Of a stretch of 40,000 bases of DNA, positions 7,980-16,576 are shown piece by piece. Source of the stretch: Paenibacillaceae bacterium GAS479 (lineage in GTDB: Bacteria > Bacillota > Bacilli > Paenibacillales > Paenibacillaceae); contig LT629764.1 of the NCBI GenBank assembly GCA_900105225.1, positions 96,098-136,097 on the forward strand. The letters are read 5' to 3'. The notes beneath the pieces are model-generated. The model was not told the DNA's origin. It did not search any database and was given only the letters and a program-made list of their open reading frames with translations. The position numbers and the translations under genes were made by a program. Positions within the stretch are counted from its first letter, which is position 1, and every line of letters begins with the position of its first letter.

Positions 7980-9094
7980 TTTTCTTCAACCCCCAGAATC
8001 TCTTCACGCAGCTGCTCCGCGAACGTTTTTTCAGCGTCGGACTTATCGTCCGTATCAGACTTGGCCGTTCCGTCCGTGTTAAATACTGGATCGATCTCTG
8101 GTAGCTCATCCGTCTCCGTGAGCGTGAGGCTCATCGTGTGCAGATTGCCCTCAAAGGAGTGCGTGTCCTCATCGACAAAATAACCCCGCTTAACGTTGAG
8201 TTCCGGGATAATGACATGGACGCCGGATCCGGCCACAACAGACGGGATGCCCCAAGCTTCAAGCGACAGCGTTCGCTTTACCCGGCCCTTTTCTTTCAAC
8301 ATAGCCTGCGCCCGTTGCTGTAGTTGCGCCTTGTTTAGCTCCTCGCTAATCGACTCATACAGTTGCAATACCCCATACCGAGATTGCAGGGCTTTGCTGG
8401 ATGCAACAACGGTTATGGCTCCGGCTCCTTTCTCGCCGTCTTTGCCTTCCTTGCCTTCCTTGCCTTCCTTGTGCAGCTTTACCCGCGTCGCCGTCTCCTC
8501 GATGCTCGCAGAAGCTGAGTAGCTGATCAGGTTGCCGCCACTCTCGATGATCCATTTCTGGACCGTGTCCTTGAGCGGAAGCAGATCCACTTTCCCACTT
8601 TTACTCCGGATGGAATGTCGGCTTCCAAGCTGCTTATAGGTCGAGTCCAGCGCCCGCAGAACCATGTCGTACAGGCTTTCGTCCTCGCTGATCTGGCTGA
8701 CCACATGCCGCGTATCGGCAATGGAGCCTGGAGTGAGCTGAAAGTCGCTGCAAAGCTTCCGCAGAATGCCTGCTGCTGTCAGCCCCTTGAACGTGTACGT
8801 ATCGGAGTTGTTGACGAGGTAATAGAGCTGGTCATAGGCAGTCAGAGTCAACTGCCCATCCGAGCTATGATCCAGACTAAACACCGTGCCGCGGAAAAGC
8901 TCCTCGTCTTTCCAGCGGCAGAGTATAGCGTCTCCGCAATCGACTTCCACAGGCTGATGTCCGCCGCGAGCTATCGAGAGCAGCGTCACATTAATCGATC
9001 GAGGTGCTCGGTATTTCTGGCCGCTCCACTCCACCGATTGCACGGGCAGCTCATAGGATCCGCCGCCGAACCGAGTCAGGATGACATTGATCAT
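7976..9094 (-). CDS. Baseplate hub / late-control-D-like protein (XkdQ-like)
   Basis: 372 aa. Position after the LysM protein matches PBSX. Contains an internal KEGKEGKEGKDGEKG low-complexity insert. Confidence 0.6.
   Translation of the reverse strand: MINVILTRFGGGSYELPVQSVEWSGQKYRAPRSINVTLLSIARGGHQPVEVDCGDAILCRWKDEELFRGTVFSLDHSSDGQLTLTAYDQLYYLVNNSDTYTFKGLTAAGILRKLCSDFQLTPGSIADTRHVVSQISEDESLYDMVLRALDSTYKQLGSRHSIRSKSGKVDLLPLKDTVQKWIIESGGNLISYSASASIEETATRVKLHKEGKEGKEGKDGEKGAGAITVVASSKALQSRYGVLQLYESISEELNKAQLQQRAQAMLKEKGRVKRTLSLEAWGIPSVVAGSGVHVIIPELNVKRGYFVDEDTHSFEGNLHTMSLTLTETDELPEIDPVFNTDGTAKSDTDDKSDAEKTFAEQLREEILGVEEK
8442..8471 (-). repeat. In-frame 9-bp microsatellite (TTGCCTTCC, about 3.3 copies) encoding (KEG)n
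   Basis: Direct reading of 8442-8471: ttgccttcc ttgccttcc ttgccttcc ttg. Confidence 0.9.
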
Positions 9095-9098
9095 GCAA

Positions 9099-9758
9099 TC
9101 ACCTCGCAGGCAGTTTCAGTTTTTGTCCGGTCTTCAACGAATACGGAGACTTGATGCCATTTAACGTGGCGATCTCCTCATATCGGCTGCCGTCCTTGAT
9201 CTGAGCTTGGGCGATTTTCCAGAGGCTGTCGCCAGGCTTAACCGTATAGGACGTCGGTGCGGCCTTGCTGCTCGGTCGTGCGCTGCCGGACGCTACCGTG
9301 ACCTGTTTCTGGCCGGCAACCGTCTTCTCGCCCAGCTTTCGGGCTTTGATAAATCGGTATTCCCGCAGGCTGAACGTATAGCTGAGCGTCCCCGGATCAC
9401 CGGCCGTTTCTGTCACGTTGAAGTCCTCTATCGTAACGGCAGTATTAATTGGCGTACCCGTCACGATAAAGCGGCACGGCATATCGGAGTCCTTCCACCG
9501 CTGGAGCATCTTGACGATGTCCCACGGGCGCGGCCATGGATCTTTGGTGTAGGAACAGTAGCGACCCCAACTAGCAGGTAAGATGGAGCTGAAGCTATAC
9601 GTTTTCAGCCCAGGATCCTGAATGACGGATACTTCTCCGAGCCTCGCAATATTGACCGTCGTGTTCGCGCTGGGGCTGCCTATCTCCAATGTCTCGGGGT
9701 TAACCGGCAACCAAAGCATCTCGGCGTTGTTGTTGTACTTGAGCCAGAGCTCCGTCAT
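9099..9758 (-). CDS. LysM-domain tail protein (XkdP-like)
   Basis: 219 aa. The C-terminal LysM is YTVKPGDSLWKIAQAQIKDGSRYEEIATLNGIKSPYSLKTGQKLKLP. It lies immediately after the tape measure gene, as in PBSX. Confidence 0.8.
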   Translation of the reverse strand: MTELWLKYNNNAEMLWLPVNPETLEIGSPSANTTVNIARLGEVSVIQDPGLKTYSFSSILPASWGRYCSYTKDPWPRPWDIVKMLQRWKDSDMPCRFIVTGTPINTAVTIEDFNVTETAGDPGTLSYTFSLREYRFIKARKLGEKTVAGQKQVTVASGSARPSSKAAPTSYTVKPGDSLWKIAQAQIKDGSRYEEIATLNGIKSPYSLKTGQKLKLPAR

Positions 9759-12139
9759 CCGCTGTAAGCCCCCTTCGCTCCGGTCAACAGTCCTAACGTC
9801 AGCTCGGCGCGAATTGCTTTGACGGCCTCCTTGCCAACGCGCTCGGCATCCATACCGTTGTTGTAGTGGTTATCACCAGTCAAGTAGACGTTGATGTCGC
9901 CTACACCTTGGCCCGGTTGAGTCCTGCCGCCAGCCATGCTCCGGATCAGAGAGGCTTCTTCGGCCGGCAGTACCGTTTCGCCCTTATGGAGCCGGAATAG
10001 CATATCATCCCGTGGAATGTCGCTGATGCCGGTTGCGGCGCCAGGAATAAGTTTCATCCAGTTTGTCGGCACCTTCTGAGAGGGCGGGGTTAATGGGTTG
10101 ATGAACTTAATTCCATCGGTAATTAAACCCGGGATATTCCGCGCGTCGAATCCGGGAGCATCAACACCAATTGATATTTTTTTACCAGACAGCGTTTCGA
10201 GCCAGCCCGCGAGGAATTGGAACACGGGCTCCAGCTCCGACTTCAGTTGCTTCAGCATTCTCCATCCCTCAAGGAATGTCTCCACTTTAGCTGCGGCCCT
10301 GTCAATCCAAACGCCGATATCATTCAGCCATCCTTTTGCTATAGTCCAGAAATCATTGAGCTTCTGTTTGATCGAATCCCAATTTTTCCAGACTTCGTAC
10401 AAACCCAGGACTGCCGTAACAATCCAGCCGATAACTGGAAGGAATCTAGCCCCGCCAACTGCAGCTCTCCCGAGCCACGGAATAAACGGCTTAATCCACT
10501 TCCACAATTTTACGAATGCGCCCCATAACCAAGTAGCGCCTTTCCAGAGCCCTTTGAAAACTGGATCCAGCTTTTTATAGATGCTGACGCCTTTTCCTGC
10601 AGCAAACAAGCCCGCAAAGGCGGCGGTCAGTGTCAGGATAATAGGCTCCAACGTACCCCAGTTCATAACGGCCCACTTTATTCCCTTGCTTAAAGCGCCG
10701 GTAAATGTAGCCGCCAAAGCCGACACGCTCTTGGTAAAATCGGCAATGCTTTTCTTACCCTCATCCGTCTTTGCCCATGCTGCCAAGTCCTCAAAGGCCG
10801 GGCTGGCTGATGTGATCATTGATTTGCCGATATCTACGAGGATTCGTTTCATCTCTCGCATTGCGTCATTGATCGGAGTCATGGGATTGTCGTCGCGGAA
10901 CTTGTTAAATTGCTGATCAAGTTGGCCGGTAGCTTTAATAGTGTCGTTAGCTGCGGCTGCGGCTGCAATCATCGGTTCCACTACATCTTCGAATTTTGTG
11001 CCAAGCATGGTGGTTGCAAGTTGATCTCTCTTGGTTATACTCTGAATCTTGGATAGCCCTTGTGCTAATTCGACCATTGCCCCTGCACCAGAAAAGGTTC
11101 CGGCGTCCATCCGTTTAAAAATCTCTTCGGTACGCTTTTCCCCTAATGCTTCCCTAAATGCCCCGATCTGTTCGTCAGTCAATTCTTTGCGTCTAATATT
11201 AAATTCTCGAAACATATCAGCAGGGTCATCGAAGTTGCGTGCTCCTTTCTCTACGGCGGCTACCAGGACAGCACCCACATTACCGATACTCATACCCAGG
11301 TTTTTGAATGAACTACCGTACTCATTGATTGTATCCAGATAATCGTCATACTGGTCACCGGCCCGTTCCATTACAGCAGCCGATACATCCCCGATTTCCC
11401 TCATGGTCCCGAGTTGACTTTTATATGCGGAAGCAAAACCTCGGGTAACCTCCGGGATATCTTTTTGATAAAGCTGAGCAAATTGGACGGATATCCGTGT
11501 CGCCTCATCTAACGCACCCCCTGCAAAATCGGTTTGCTGAGAGTAATCCACGTAAGCACGGGTAACGTCTTCTCTGCTGCTGCCGACCTTTTGGTCATAG
11601 TAAATTCGGTTAACCCGCTGGGTAACATCATTCACAGGGGAGTTGGTAATGGCTGCCGCTCTGGCATCATTCTCATACGAGTTTGCCCCAGCGTAGAACG
11701 CCCCTGCGCCCGCAGCCCCCGTAGCTACTCCCGCCCCGATGACGGCCCCTTGCATAGCCTGGGCCTTCGCTTCAATGTCGTTCAGAACCTTTGTTGCATT
11801 GTCTTTGACTGTTGCTGTCACGGTCACCCGCATTTTGTTCAGAGCGGCAGCGGACGAGCGGATTCTTTTTAGGACCCGCGTTGATTTATCGTTCACACGA
11901 GCAACTACTTTAGGATGCTTCCGCGCCAATTGATCGGCTGCCTTCCGGATATCCTTTAGCTTTTTTCCGGCCAGATCCTGGGCATGGATTTTCATTTTGA
12001 TTCGCGTCCGTTCCAAAGCCCGGGTCTGTTTACGCGTTTGCTCCGCAGCCTCTGTCATTTTATCCATGTTGCGCTTCATCTTTCGCAGATTGCGAGTCAT
12101 ACGGTCTTGCAGCGCAAACATCGTCGTGAGTTTCGCCAA
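9755..12139 (-). CDS. Tail tape measure protein
   Basis: 794 aa, largely helical, with central hydrophobic segments (ILTLTAAFAGLFAAGKG, VIGWIVTAVLGLY) and W-rich motifs. TTG start with SD AAAGGAGG. Its position is upstream of the baseplate block. Confidence 0.85.
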   Translation of the reverse strand: MAKLTTMFALQDRMTRNLRKMKRNMDKMTEAAEQTRKQTRALERTRIKMKIHAQDLAGKKLKDIRKAADQLARKHPKVVARVNDKSTRVLKRIRSSAAALNKMRVTVTATVKDNATKVLNDIEAKAQAMQGAVIGAGVATGAAGAGAFYAGANSYENDARAAAITNSPVNDVTQRVNRIYYDQKVGSSREDVTRAYVDYSQQTDFAGGALDEATRISVQFAQLYQKDIPEVTRGFASAYKSQLGTMREIGDVSAAVMERAGDQYDDYLDTINEYGSSFKNLGMSIGNVGAVLVAAVEKGARNFDDPADMFREFNIRRKELTDEQIGAFREALGEKRTEEIFKRMDAGTFSGAGAMVELAQGLSKIQSITKRDQLATTMLGTKFEDVVEPMIAAAAAANDTIKATGQLDQQFNKFRDDNPMTPINDAMREMKRILVDIGKSMITSASPAFEDLAAWAKTDEGKKSIADFTKSVSALAATFTGALSKGIKWAVMNWGTLEPIILTLTAAFAGLFAAGKGVSIYKKLDPVFKGLWKGATWLWGAFVKLWKWIKPFIPWLGRAAVGGARFLPVIGWIVTAVLGLYEVWKNWDSIKQKLNDFWTIAKGWLNDIGVWIDRAAAKVETFLEGWRMLKQLKSELEPVFQFLAGWLETLSGKKISIGVDAPGFDARNIPGLITDGIKFINPLTPPSQKVPTNWMKLIPGAATGISDIPRDDMLFRLHKGETVLPAEEASLIRSMAGGRTQPGQGVGDINVYLTGDNHYNNGMDAERVGKEAVKAIRAELTLGLLTGAKGAYSG

Positions 12140-12159
12140 ACAATTCGCCTCCTTTCGAG

Positions 12160-12188
12160 CAAATAAAAATGACCCCTCACGGAGTCAT
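12160..12188 (-). terminator. Intrinsic terminator of the lipoprotein moron
   Basis: The minus strand reads AUGACUCC-GUGA-GGGGUCAU (8-bp stem with one U.G pair) followed by UUUUAUUU. The hairpin includes the stop codon of the lipoprotein gene and sits just before the tape measure SD. Confidence 0.65.
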
Positions 12189-12716
12189 TGAAAGAAATGC
12201 ATCTGCTAAACCGTCTATGACTTCTGGATCTTCTTCAATTAAATGAAGAATCATAGGGCCATTAATATGCAAATTTGATTTTATTTTTGTATCTTTTTCA
12301 AACTCCTCATAAGAAGCAAGGTATTTTTTTGCATCCTCTTGAGTTTTGAATTCAACTACATAAAACGGAGAATAACCCTGAACCCCCATTACCCTCCCGG
12401 CAGCGTAGTACTTGTAATTTGGGAAAGCTGGAGCTCTCAGTTCGGAAAGTTCCTTATGTTCAAGAAAGGTGAATTCATCAACCTGCGGAACAAGTTTATC
12501 AAACTTGTACATGCTCGGCCCTTCCCGATCCACCGGCACCGGAGCAGTTGGTTCCGGGCTAGGTGTTGGCTCTGGAGACGGCGTTGGCGAACTCGAAGGT
12601 GTCGGCGAAGCGCTCGCCGCTGGATCCCCTTCCTTCTCGGCCTCGTTATTAGTGCAAGCCACTATAATCAAAAACAACAAAACAGGCACCCAGGCCCACT
12701 TTAAAAATCGCGTCAT
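12177..12716 (-). CDS. Secreted lipoprotein (moron) of unknown function
   Basis: Best start is ATG 12716 (SD GGGAGGG 7 nt upstream), giving MTRFLKWAWVPVLLFLIIVAC. This is a signal peptide with a lipobox (IVAC). It is followed by a Pro/Ser/Thr linker SPTPSSSPTPSPEPTPSPEPTAP and a ~110-aa domain. The 3' half is very AT-rich (14/60 G+C at 12241-12300). Confidence 0.75.
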   Translation of the reverse strand: MTRFLKWAWVPVLLFLIIVACTNNEAEKEGDPAASASPTPSSSPTPSPEPTPSPEPTAPVPVDREGPSMYKFDKLVPQVDEFTFLEHKELSELRAPAFPNYKYYAAGRVMGVQGYSPFYVVEFKTQEDAKKYLASYEEFEKDTKIKSNLHINGPMILHLIEEDPEVIDGLADAFLSMTP

Positions 12717-12779
12717 TATGTATCCCTCCCAGAAACAGGATACGATGACCCGGTGCAAACGCGCAACAAGTTTTCGACA

Positions 12780-12956
12780 TTATTTCCCTTTTGTCCGGGA
12801 GGGCTTTGGCTGGTTATCCTTAATCCACTGTTCGATACTGCCGTAAATATAAGCCCGGTGAAGATCGTCCATAGCCCACAGGTCCTGCGGCAAGATATGC
12901 AGCTTATGCAGGGCGTAGTGGGCCATGACCGCATCCCGATCACCGGACTTGATTAG
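12780..12956 (-). CDS. -1 frameshift extension of the tail assembly chaperone (GT-like product, +58 aa)
   Basis: Not in the ORF track. The -1 frame opens exactly at the slippery site and reads LIKSGDRDAVMAHYALHKLHILPQDLWAMDDLHRAYIYGSIEQWIKDNQPKPSRTKGK*, with no independent SD or start at its 5' end. Confidence 0.7.
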   Translation of the reverse strand, partial: LIKSGDRDAVMAHYALHKLHILPQDLWAMDDLHRAYIYGSIEQWIKDNQPKPSRTKGK

Positions 12957-13384
12957 TTTTTTGCTTCTTCGATCAGGTCCTCGTCCTGATCGCCATAACC
13001 GTTCACGCGATTAGCAGCGTTGATCCAGTCCATATATTCGCCGCCCACGGACAACACGGCACGCGCCGCGTCCGCCGGATCCACGACTCCATACGACTCC
13101 AACAGCTCCGGCGCTCTAAAGTCCGGGAAGACAGTCGACTCAATCGCCACCCTTGCGGCCATGCGCTTTGAATCAAAAATTTCATCGACGACTCGGCCCT
13201 TCTTGACGACCCGGCGTGTACAGTCCTCCTGTATCTCCTCGATCCGCTTCGGCGGCAAACTCCGCAAAACGAACGGAATCGGATCACCTTTTTCGTCGAG
13301 GAAGCGCTTTGTAACCACGACCTCCTCTTCGATAAACTCCTGCTTTGCCTTGCCCTTCATGAAAAATGCCATATTCTTATTCAA
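12953..13384 (-). CDS. Tail assembly chaperone (XkdN-like, G-like product)
   Basis: 143 aa, acidic. Its position between the tube and tape measure genes and its terminal slippery site fit the conserved G/GT arrangement. Confidence 0.75.
   Translation of the reverse strand: MNKNMAFFMKGKAKQEFIEEEVVVTKRFLDEKGDPIPFVLRSLPPKRIEEIQEDCTRRVVKKGRVVDEIFDSKRMAARVAIESTVFPDFRAPELLESYGVVDPADAARAVLSVGGEYMDWINAANRVNGYGDQDEDLIEEAKN
12956..12962 (-). promoter_or_regulatory. Programmed -1 ribosomal frameshift slippery heptamer A_AAA_AAC
   Basis: The minus strand reads gc A AAA AAC TAA. This is a canonical X_XXY_YYZ site in the zero frame, directly before the stop codon of the chaperone ORF. Confidence 0.7.
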
Positions 13385-13397
13385 AACTATTTCCTCC

Positions 13398-13862
13398 TTA
13401 GCCCAGCGTCGGGGCAGTAAATTGTTCAGTCATGTCTACATCATCAAACGTAAAGGAAACTTCTTCTTCCAGCGCTTCTGCCTCTGTATCAAGGGAAGCC
13501 ATAATGACGCTGTCCAGGTTTACCCCGCGGAGGATAACCGTCTGCGCGCCAATCGACGAGGAAGGATCCTCGTTCGTCACCTGGATGCTGAAGTATGTGT
13601 CTTTGCCGTTCTTGATGTAGTCGTACATTAACTGCCGGAATCGGGACGTGACATAATAAATCGTCATCGTACCCGTGCCAGACCAACCGGTAGCTTTGTG
13701 CTGCGTGCCTCGGCGTCCCAGGGTCTTAATCTCTGCTTTCTGCTTCTCAGCGGTCGCCTCGAGGGATCTAACATAGAACATTTCCTCGACTGTACCGTTG
13801 ATTGTTGCAAAGGCCCGCCCTTCCTGGCCTGAGATCGTATCATTGGATTTCAAAAAGCCCAT
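13398..13862 (-). CDS. Tail tube protein (XkdM-like)
   Basis: 154 aa directly downstream of the sheath gene. Pattern ISGQEGRAFATINGTVEEMFYVRSLEATAEKQKAEIKTLGRRGTQHKATGWSGTGTMTIYY is typical of the XkdM/DUF2001 family. Confidence 0.8.
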   Translation of the reverse strand: MGFLKSNDTISGQEGRAFATINGTVEEMFYVRSLEATAEKQKAEIKTLGRRGTQHKATGWSGTGTMTIYYVTSRFRQLMYDYIKNGKDTYFSIQVTNEDPSSSIGAQTVILRGVNLDSVIMASLDTEAEALEEEVSFTFDDVDMTEQFTAPTLG

Positions 13863-15179
13863 TTAGTTCACCGTCACTTTCATGTAGATTTTCTCGACGG
13901 AGTCAACCGGCTGAACATTCAGCTCCACGTAGACGCTATCTGACTCAGAGCCTGGTGACACGGTGACGTCCGTCTGCGGGTCAAAGTTCTGGACCGCTCC
14001 TGCGCCCTGTTGCGCGGACACATAGGCGATGATCTCACCTTTGAACAGCGAACGGCCGTCAGCGTTATTGCCGACCTTGCCCAGATAGAAGGCTTCAAAA
14101 ATTGCCTTAATGTCGTTGGCGAAACCATCCAGTACGCGGATAACACGGTTCTTCGAAAAGGCCCGTCCTTTCGTCGGCGTGAACCCTGTGAGCGTGTTAA
14201 TATCCTGCTCGATACGGGCGACCCCCGGCCCAGGTGTGAACACAATCTCACCTGCCTGCAACGCGGCAATGATCTGCGTATTGGTATAGCGTGGACTGAC
14301 GTCAACGGCGCCATCGTAGGCATCGTAGGTAAGCGACTCCGTGACTTCCGCCGCCGCGGTCGCCGCTGCTACCCACACCGTAGCCTGCGCCGCCGTCAGC
14401 GCCGTTCCGTCAGCCAGCACAACTCCGTTTTTAACGCTGATTACGCCCTCATGGTTTGCCGTAGGATAGTTTTCCAGCACCACTTGGATCTTTTTGCCCT
14501 CGTCGTCCCGGAGCCTGCGGGCGAATGCGGCATACACGCCTTTAAGCGTTGCATCCGTCCCCGAGTAAGCTGCCGTGTTAAAGTCGGCCAGCTCCAGTGC
14601 GGCCATAAAGTTGGTATGATCGGCATTCGTCGTCGTACCATTCGTTCCGCCGGCCAGCGGCGTTCCAGCGGATGCAGTCAACGTTCCCGTGCCGCTCCAG
14701 ACCACCCAATCATTGGCGACAAGTCCGGCAATGTTGACGACGATTTGTTTGTTGACCTCAACGCCTGCCAGCCTTGTGCTGACCTCGAAAGAGCCCGGCA
14801 CGTCCACGCTGGACGCGACAACCACGCTGATGTCGTTGCCTCGTATTCCGGAATGCTTGGCTGTCGCCGTGAGCGAGCCGATCGTCGCGGAAGCCTTGAC
14901 TCCATCATTAAGCCGGTAAACAAGCAACTTGTTTGCCCGCTTGAGCCCTTCGCGCACGAGCAGCAGTTCCGGTGCTGTCAGCGCGTAACCTAACTTGGAC
15001 GTTGGATCCTCGCCAGCTTCAATAGTAAGTAGCGTCTTCGGCGTACCCCATCCAAGCACCAACGCCACGGCAGCCGTACCTCGCGTTCCCGCGCGGCCCA
15101 GCACCGATGGAGCGGATACGAAATTGATATAGACGCCTGGCCGCACTTTATTCTGCGTTGTCCATGTGCCTCCCGCCAT
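13863..15179 (-). CDS. Contractile tail sheath protein (XkdK-like)
   Basis: 438 aa. The N-terminus MAGGTWTTQNKVRPGVYINF is characteristic of phage sheath proteins. SD GGGAGGTG. Confidence 0.9.
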   Translation of the reverse strand: MAGGTWTTQNKVRPGVYINFVSAPSVLGRAGTRGTAAVALVLGWGTPKTLLTIEAGEDPTSKLGYALTAPELLLVREGLKRANKLLVYRLNDGVKASATIGSLTATAKHSGIRGNDISVVVASSVDVPGSFEVSTRLAGVEVNKQIVVNIAGLVANDWVVWSGTGTLTASAGTPLAGGTNGTTTNADHTNFMAALELADFNTAAYSGTDATLKGVYAAFARRLRDDEGKKIQVVLENYPTANHEGVISVKNGVVLADGTALTAAQATVWVAAATAAAEVTESLTYDAYDGAVDVSPRYTNTQIIAALQAGEIVFTPGPGVARIEQDINTLTGFTPTKGRAFSKNRVIRVLDGFANDIKAIFEAFYLGKVGNNADGRSLFKGEIIAYVSAQQGAGAVQNFDPQTDVTVSPGSESDSVYVELNVQPVDSVEKIYMKVTVN

Positions 15180-15373
15180 TATGCTTGCACCTCCCGTTGA
15201 TAAAAGCTGGCTAGATCCTGCTGGACCGCTTCCAGCGTATATACCTGGTCCTCGACTAAGAGTGCTGTCAGCACGTCTCTGTCAGCTGCAAAGCGCTGCG
15301 ATTCCAGCAGCTGTGCTTTGGTGTAGCCGCCCTGCGATTCGGTTTGAATCTGTTCCGTTTCAACTTTCTTCAA
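15179..15373 (-). CDS. Hypothetical small protein (64 aa)
   Basis: TTG start preceded by the strong SD AAGGAGGAG at 7 nt. TAATG overlap with the sheath start. Confidence 0.55.
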   Translation of the reverse strand: MKKVETEQIQTESQGGYTKAQLLESQRFAADRDVLTALLVEDQVYTLEAVQQDLASFYQREVQA

Positions 15374-15782
15374 GCTTGATCTCCTCCTTCAATTTCTGCA
15401 TGCGCTGCGGCTGGGCATCCGCTCGCATCAGATGGATGCTGTATTGCACCGACATCTGCAGCACATCATCAACAATTTGATATTGCATCCCGGATCCCGT
15501 CGCCAACCCGCTACCTGTGTCGATGCGCTCTAGTGCCTCCAGCAGATCCGCACCGACAGAGTGCCGGTCCTCATCTGAGTGGCCAAAGTAAGCTACGGCA
15601 ACACTATGCGAGCGCACGCGCCGACGACCGATGCCTGATGCCTGACCAACCGGAAGTAGTTGGACGCGGAAGCAGGGCTCCTGCAGCCCCTGCTGGATCG
15701 GCTCGTCATAGACCGCCCAGTCGGGCCAGCGCGCCACCAGTGCACGGACAACGCCGTCCTTTACATCGTTTACGGTTATCAT
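15360..15782 (-). CDS. Tail completion / neck protein (XkdJ/YqbJ position)
   Basis: 140 aa with SD GGAGG. Assigned by synteny between the HK97 gp10-like and sheath genes. Confidence 0.55.
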   Translation of the reverse strand: MITVNDVKDGVVRALVARWPDWAVYDEPIQQGLQEPCFRVQLLPVGQASGIGRRRVRSHSVAVAYFGHSDEDRHSVGADLLEALERIDTGSGLATGSGMQYQIVDDVLQMSVQYSIHLMRADAQPQRMQKLKEEIKLEES

Positions 15783-15785
15783 GGC

Positions 15786-16199
15786 TCAGCCTCCAAATAG
15801 TCGGCGATGCAGCTCCTCGACTCGTCTATCAAAAATCGCCTGCAGCTGCCCTTCCACCGTTTCTACTGCTGTACGCAGCATAAACTTACCATCACGCCAT
15901 TTGGTCAGATCGACGCCGTGCCGGTGTCCGAACTCCACAAAGCTGGCGTACTCGGTGTTGTTGACGATCTCGATCTGATATTCATTGCCGACTTGAGTTA
16001 TCTCTCCGACGCGCCAGTTGCGCCGCAGTTCCCCGGAGTCAACTGGCGTAAGCAGCTTGGCCTGTGCCTCAATCCGGTATGCAATCTCCAGCAGGCAGTC
16101 CTGCATAAGCTGCTCGACCTCACCACGGCGCAACGCTTCATCGAGATTAGCAACGACTGCGTCAAGCTGGGAATAGTCGATCGGCTTCAAGCGGCTCAT
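15786..16199 (-). CDS. HK97 gp10-family head-tail joining protein
   Basis: 137 aa with AKLLTPVDSGELRRNW..YASFVEFGH, matching the gp10-family signature (P.dTG.Lr.s ... vEfG). Confidence 0.75.
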   Translation of the reverse strand: MSRLKPIDYSQLDAVVANLDEALRRGEVEQLMQDCLLEIAYRIEAQAKLLTPVDSGELRRNWRVGEITQVGNEYQIEIVNNTEYASFVEFGHRHGVDLTKWRDGKFMLRTAVETVEGQLQAIFDRRVEELHRRLFGG

Positions 16200-16576
16200 G
16201 CGTAGTCCTCCCGCAGCAGCTCAACTTCCTGGTGCGTTGGATACGGCGGAAGCGGCTCTCCGGCTTTGTACTTCCAAACCCTGTCAGGCACACCGAAACG
16301 CCGGACTGCAACCTCATCGCCCTGCTGGATCTCAATCTCAGGGGCGACAAACAGCTTCATGCTCGCGCGAATATCGTTTTGATTATCCGTCTGGGCGTTC
16401 GTCGAAGCAGCTCCAGAAGACAAAAAACAAGGCTGATCCACATAAACCTGGACCAGCCCCTGCTGTTTGGCTCCGTTTGATTTGGTTGTCTCTCCCATTC
16501 GACTGATGGTTGCCCTGTCGTTATATAGCCGCTCGATTGCCTCGCGGTGCTTGGAATAGTCGATCACGGCTACCAC
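16196..16576 (-). CDS. Head-tail adaptor / head closure protein
   Basis: 126 aa. Position and N-terminus (..IERLYNDRATISR..) resemble SPP1 gp16/YqbH-type adaptors. An alternative GTG start lies at 16567. Confidence 0.6.
   Translation of the reverse strand: MVAVIDYSKHREAIERLYNDRATISRMGETTKSNGAKQQGLVQVYVDQPCFLSSGAASTNAQTDNQNDIRASMKLFVAPEIEIQQGDEVAVRRFGVPDRVWKYKAGEPLPPYPTHQEVELLREDYA

Noticed and set aside
12717-12779. Promoter for the lipoprotein moron (TTGCGC-18 nt-TATCCT)
   Set aside because: Both hexamers match poorly and the spacing is suboptimal. It is mentioned in the findings but not listed as a feature.
12716-12943. 75-aa minus-strand track ORF between the chaperone and the lipoprotein gene
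   Set aside because: Wrong frame. The -1 frameshift extension (12780-12956) explains this region better, and the ORF would overlap the lipoprotein SD and start.
14010-14993. 327-aa plus-strand ORF antisense to the sheath gene. Similar long plus-strand ORFs lie at 21930-22775, 24260-25012, 36481-37236, 13020-13631, 8615-9154 and 6565-7083.
   Set aside because: All lie entirely inside strongly supported minus-strand genes. They are Arg/Cys/Pro-rich with no motifs and no SD. They are typical antisense open frames of GC-rich coding DNA.
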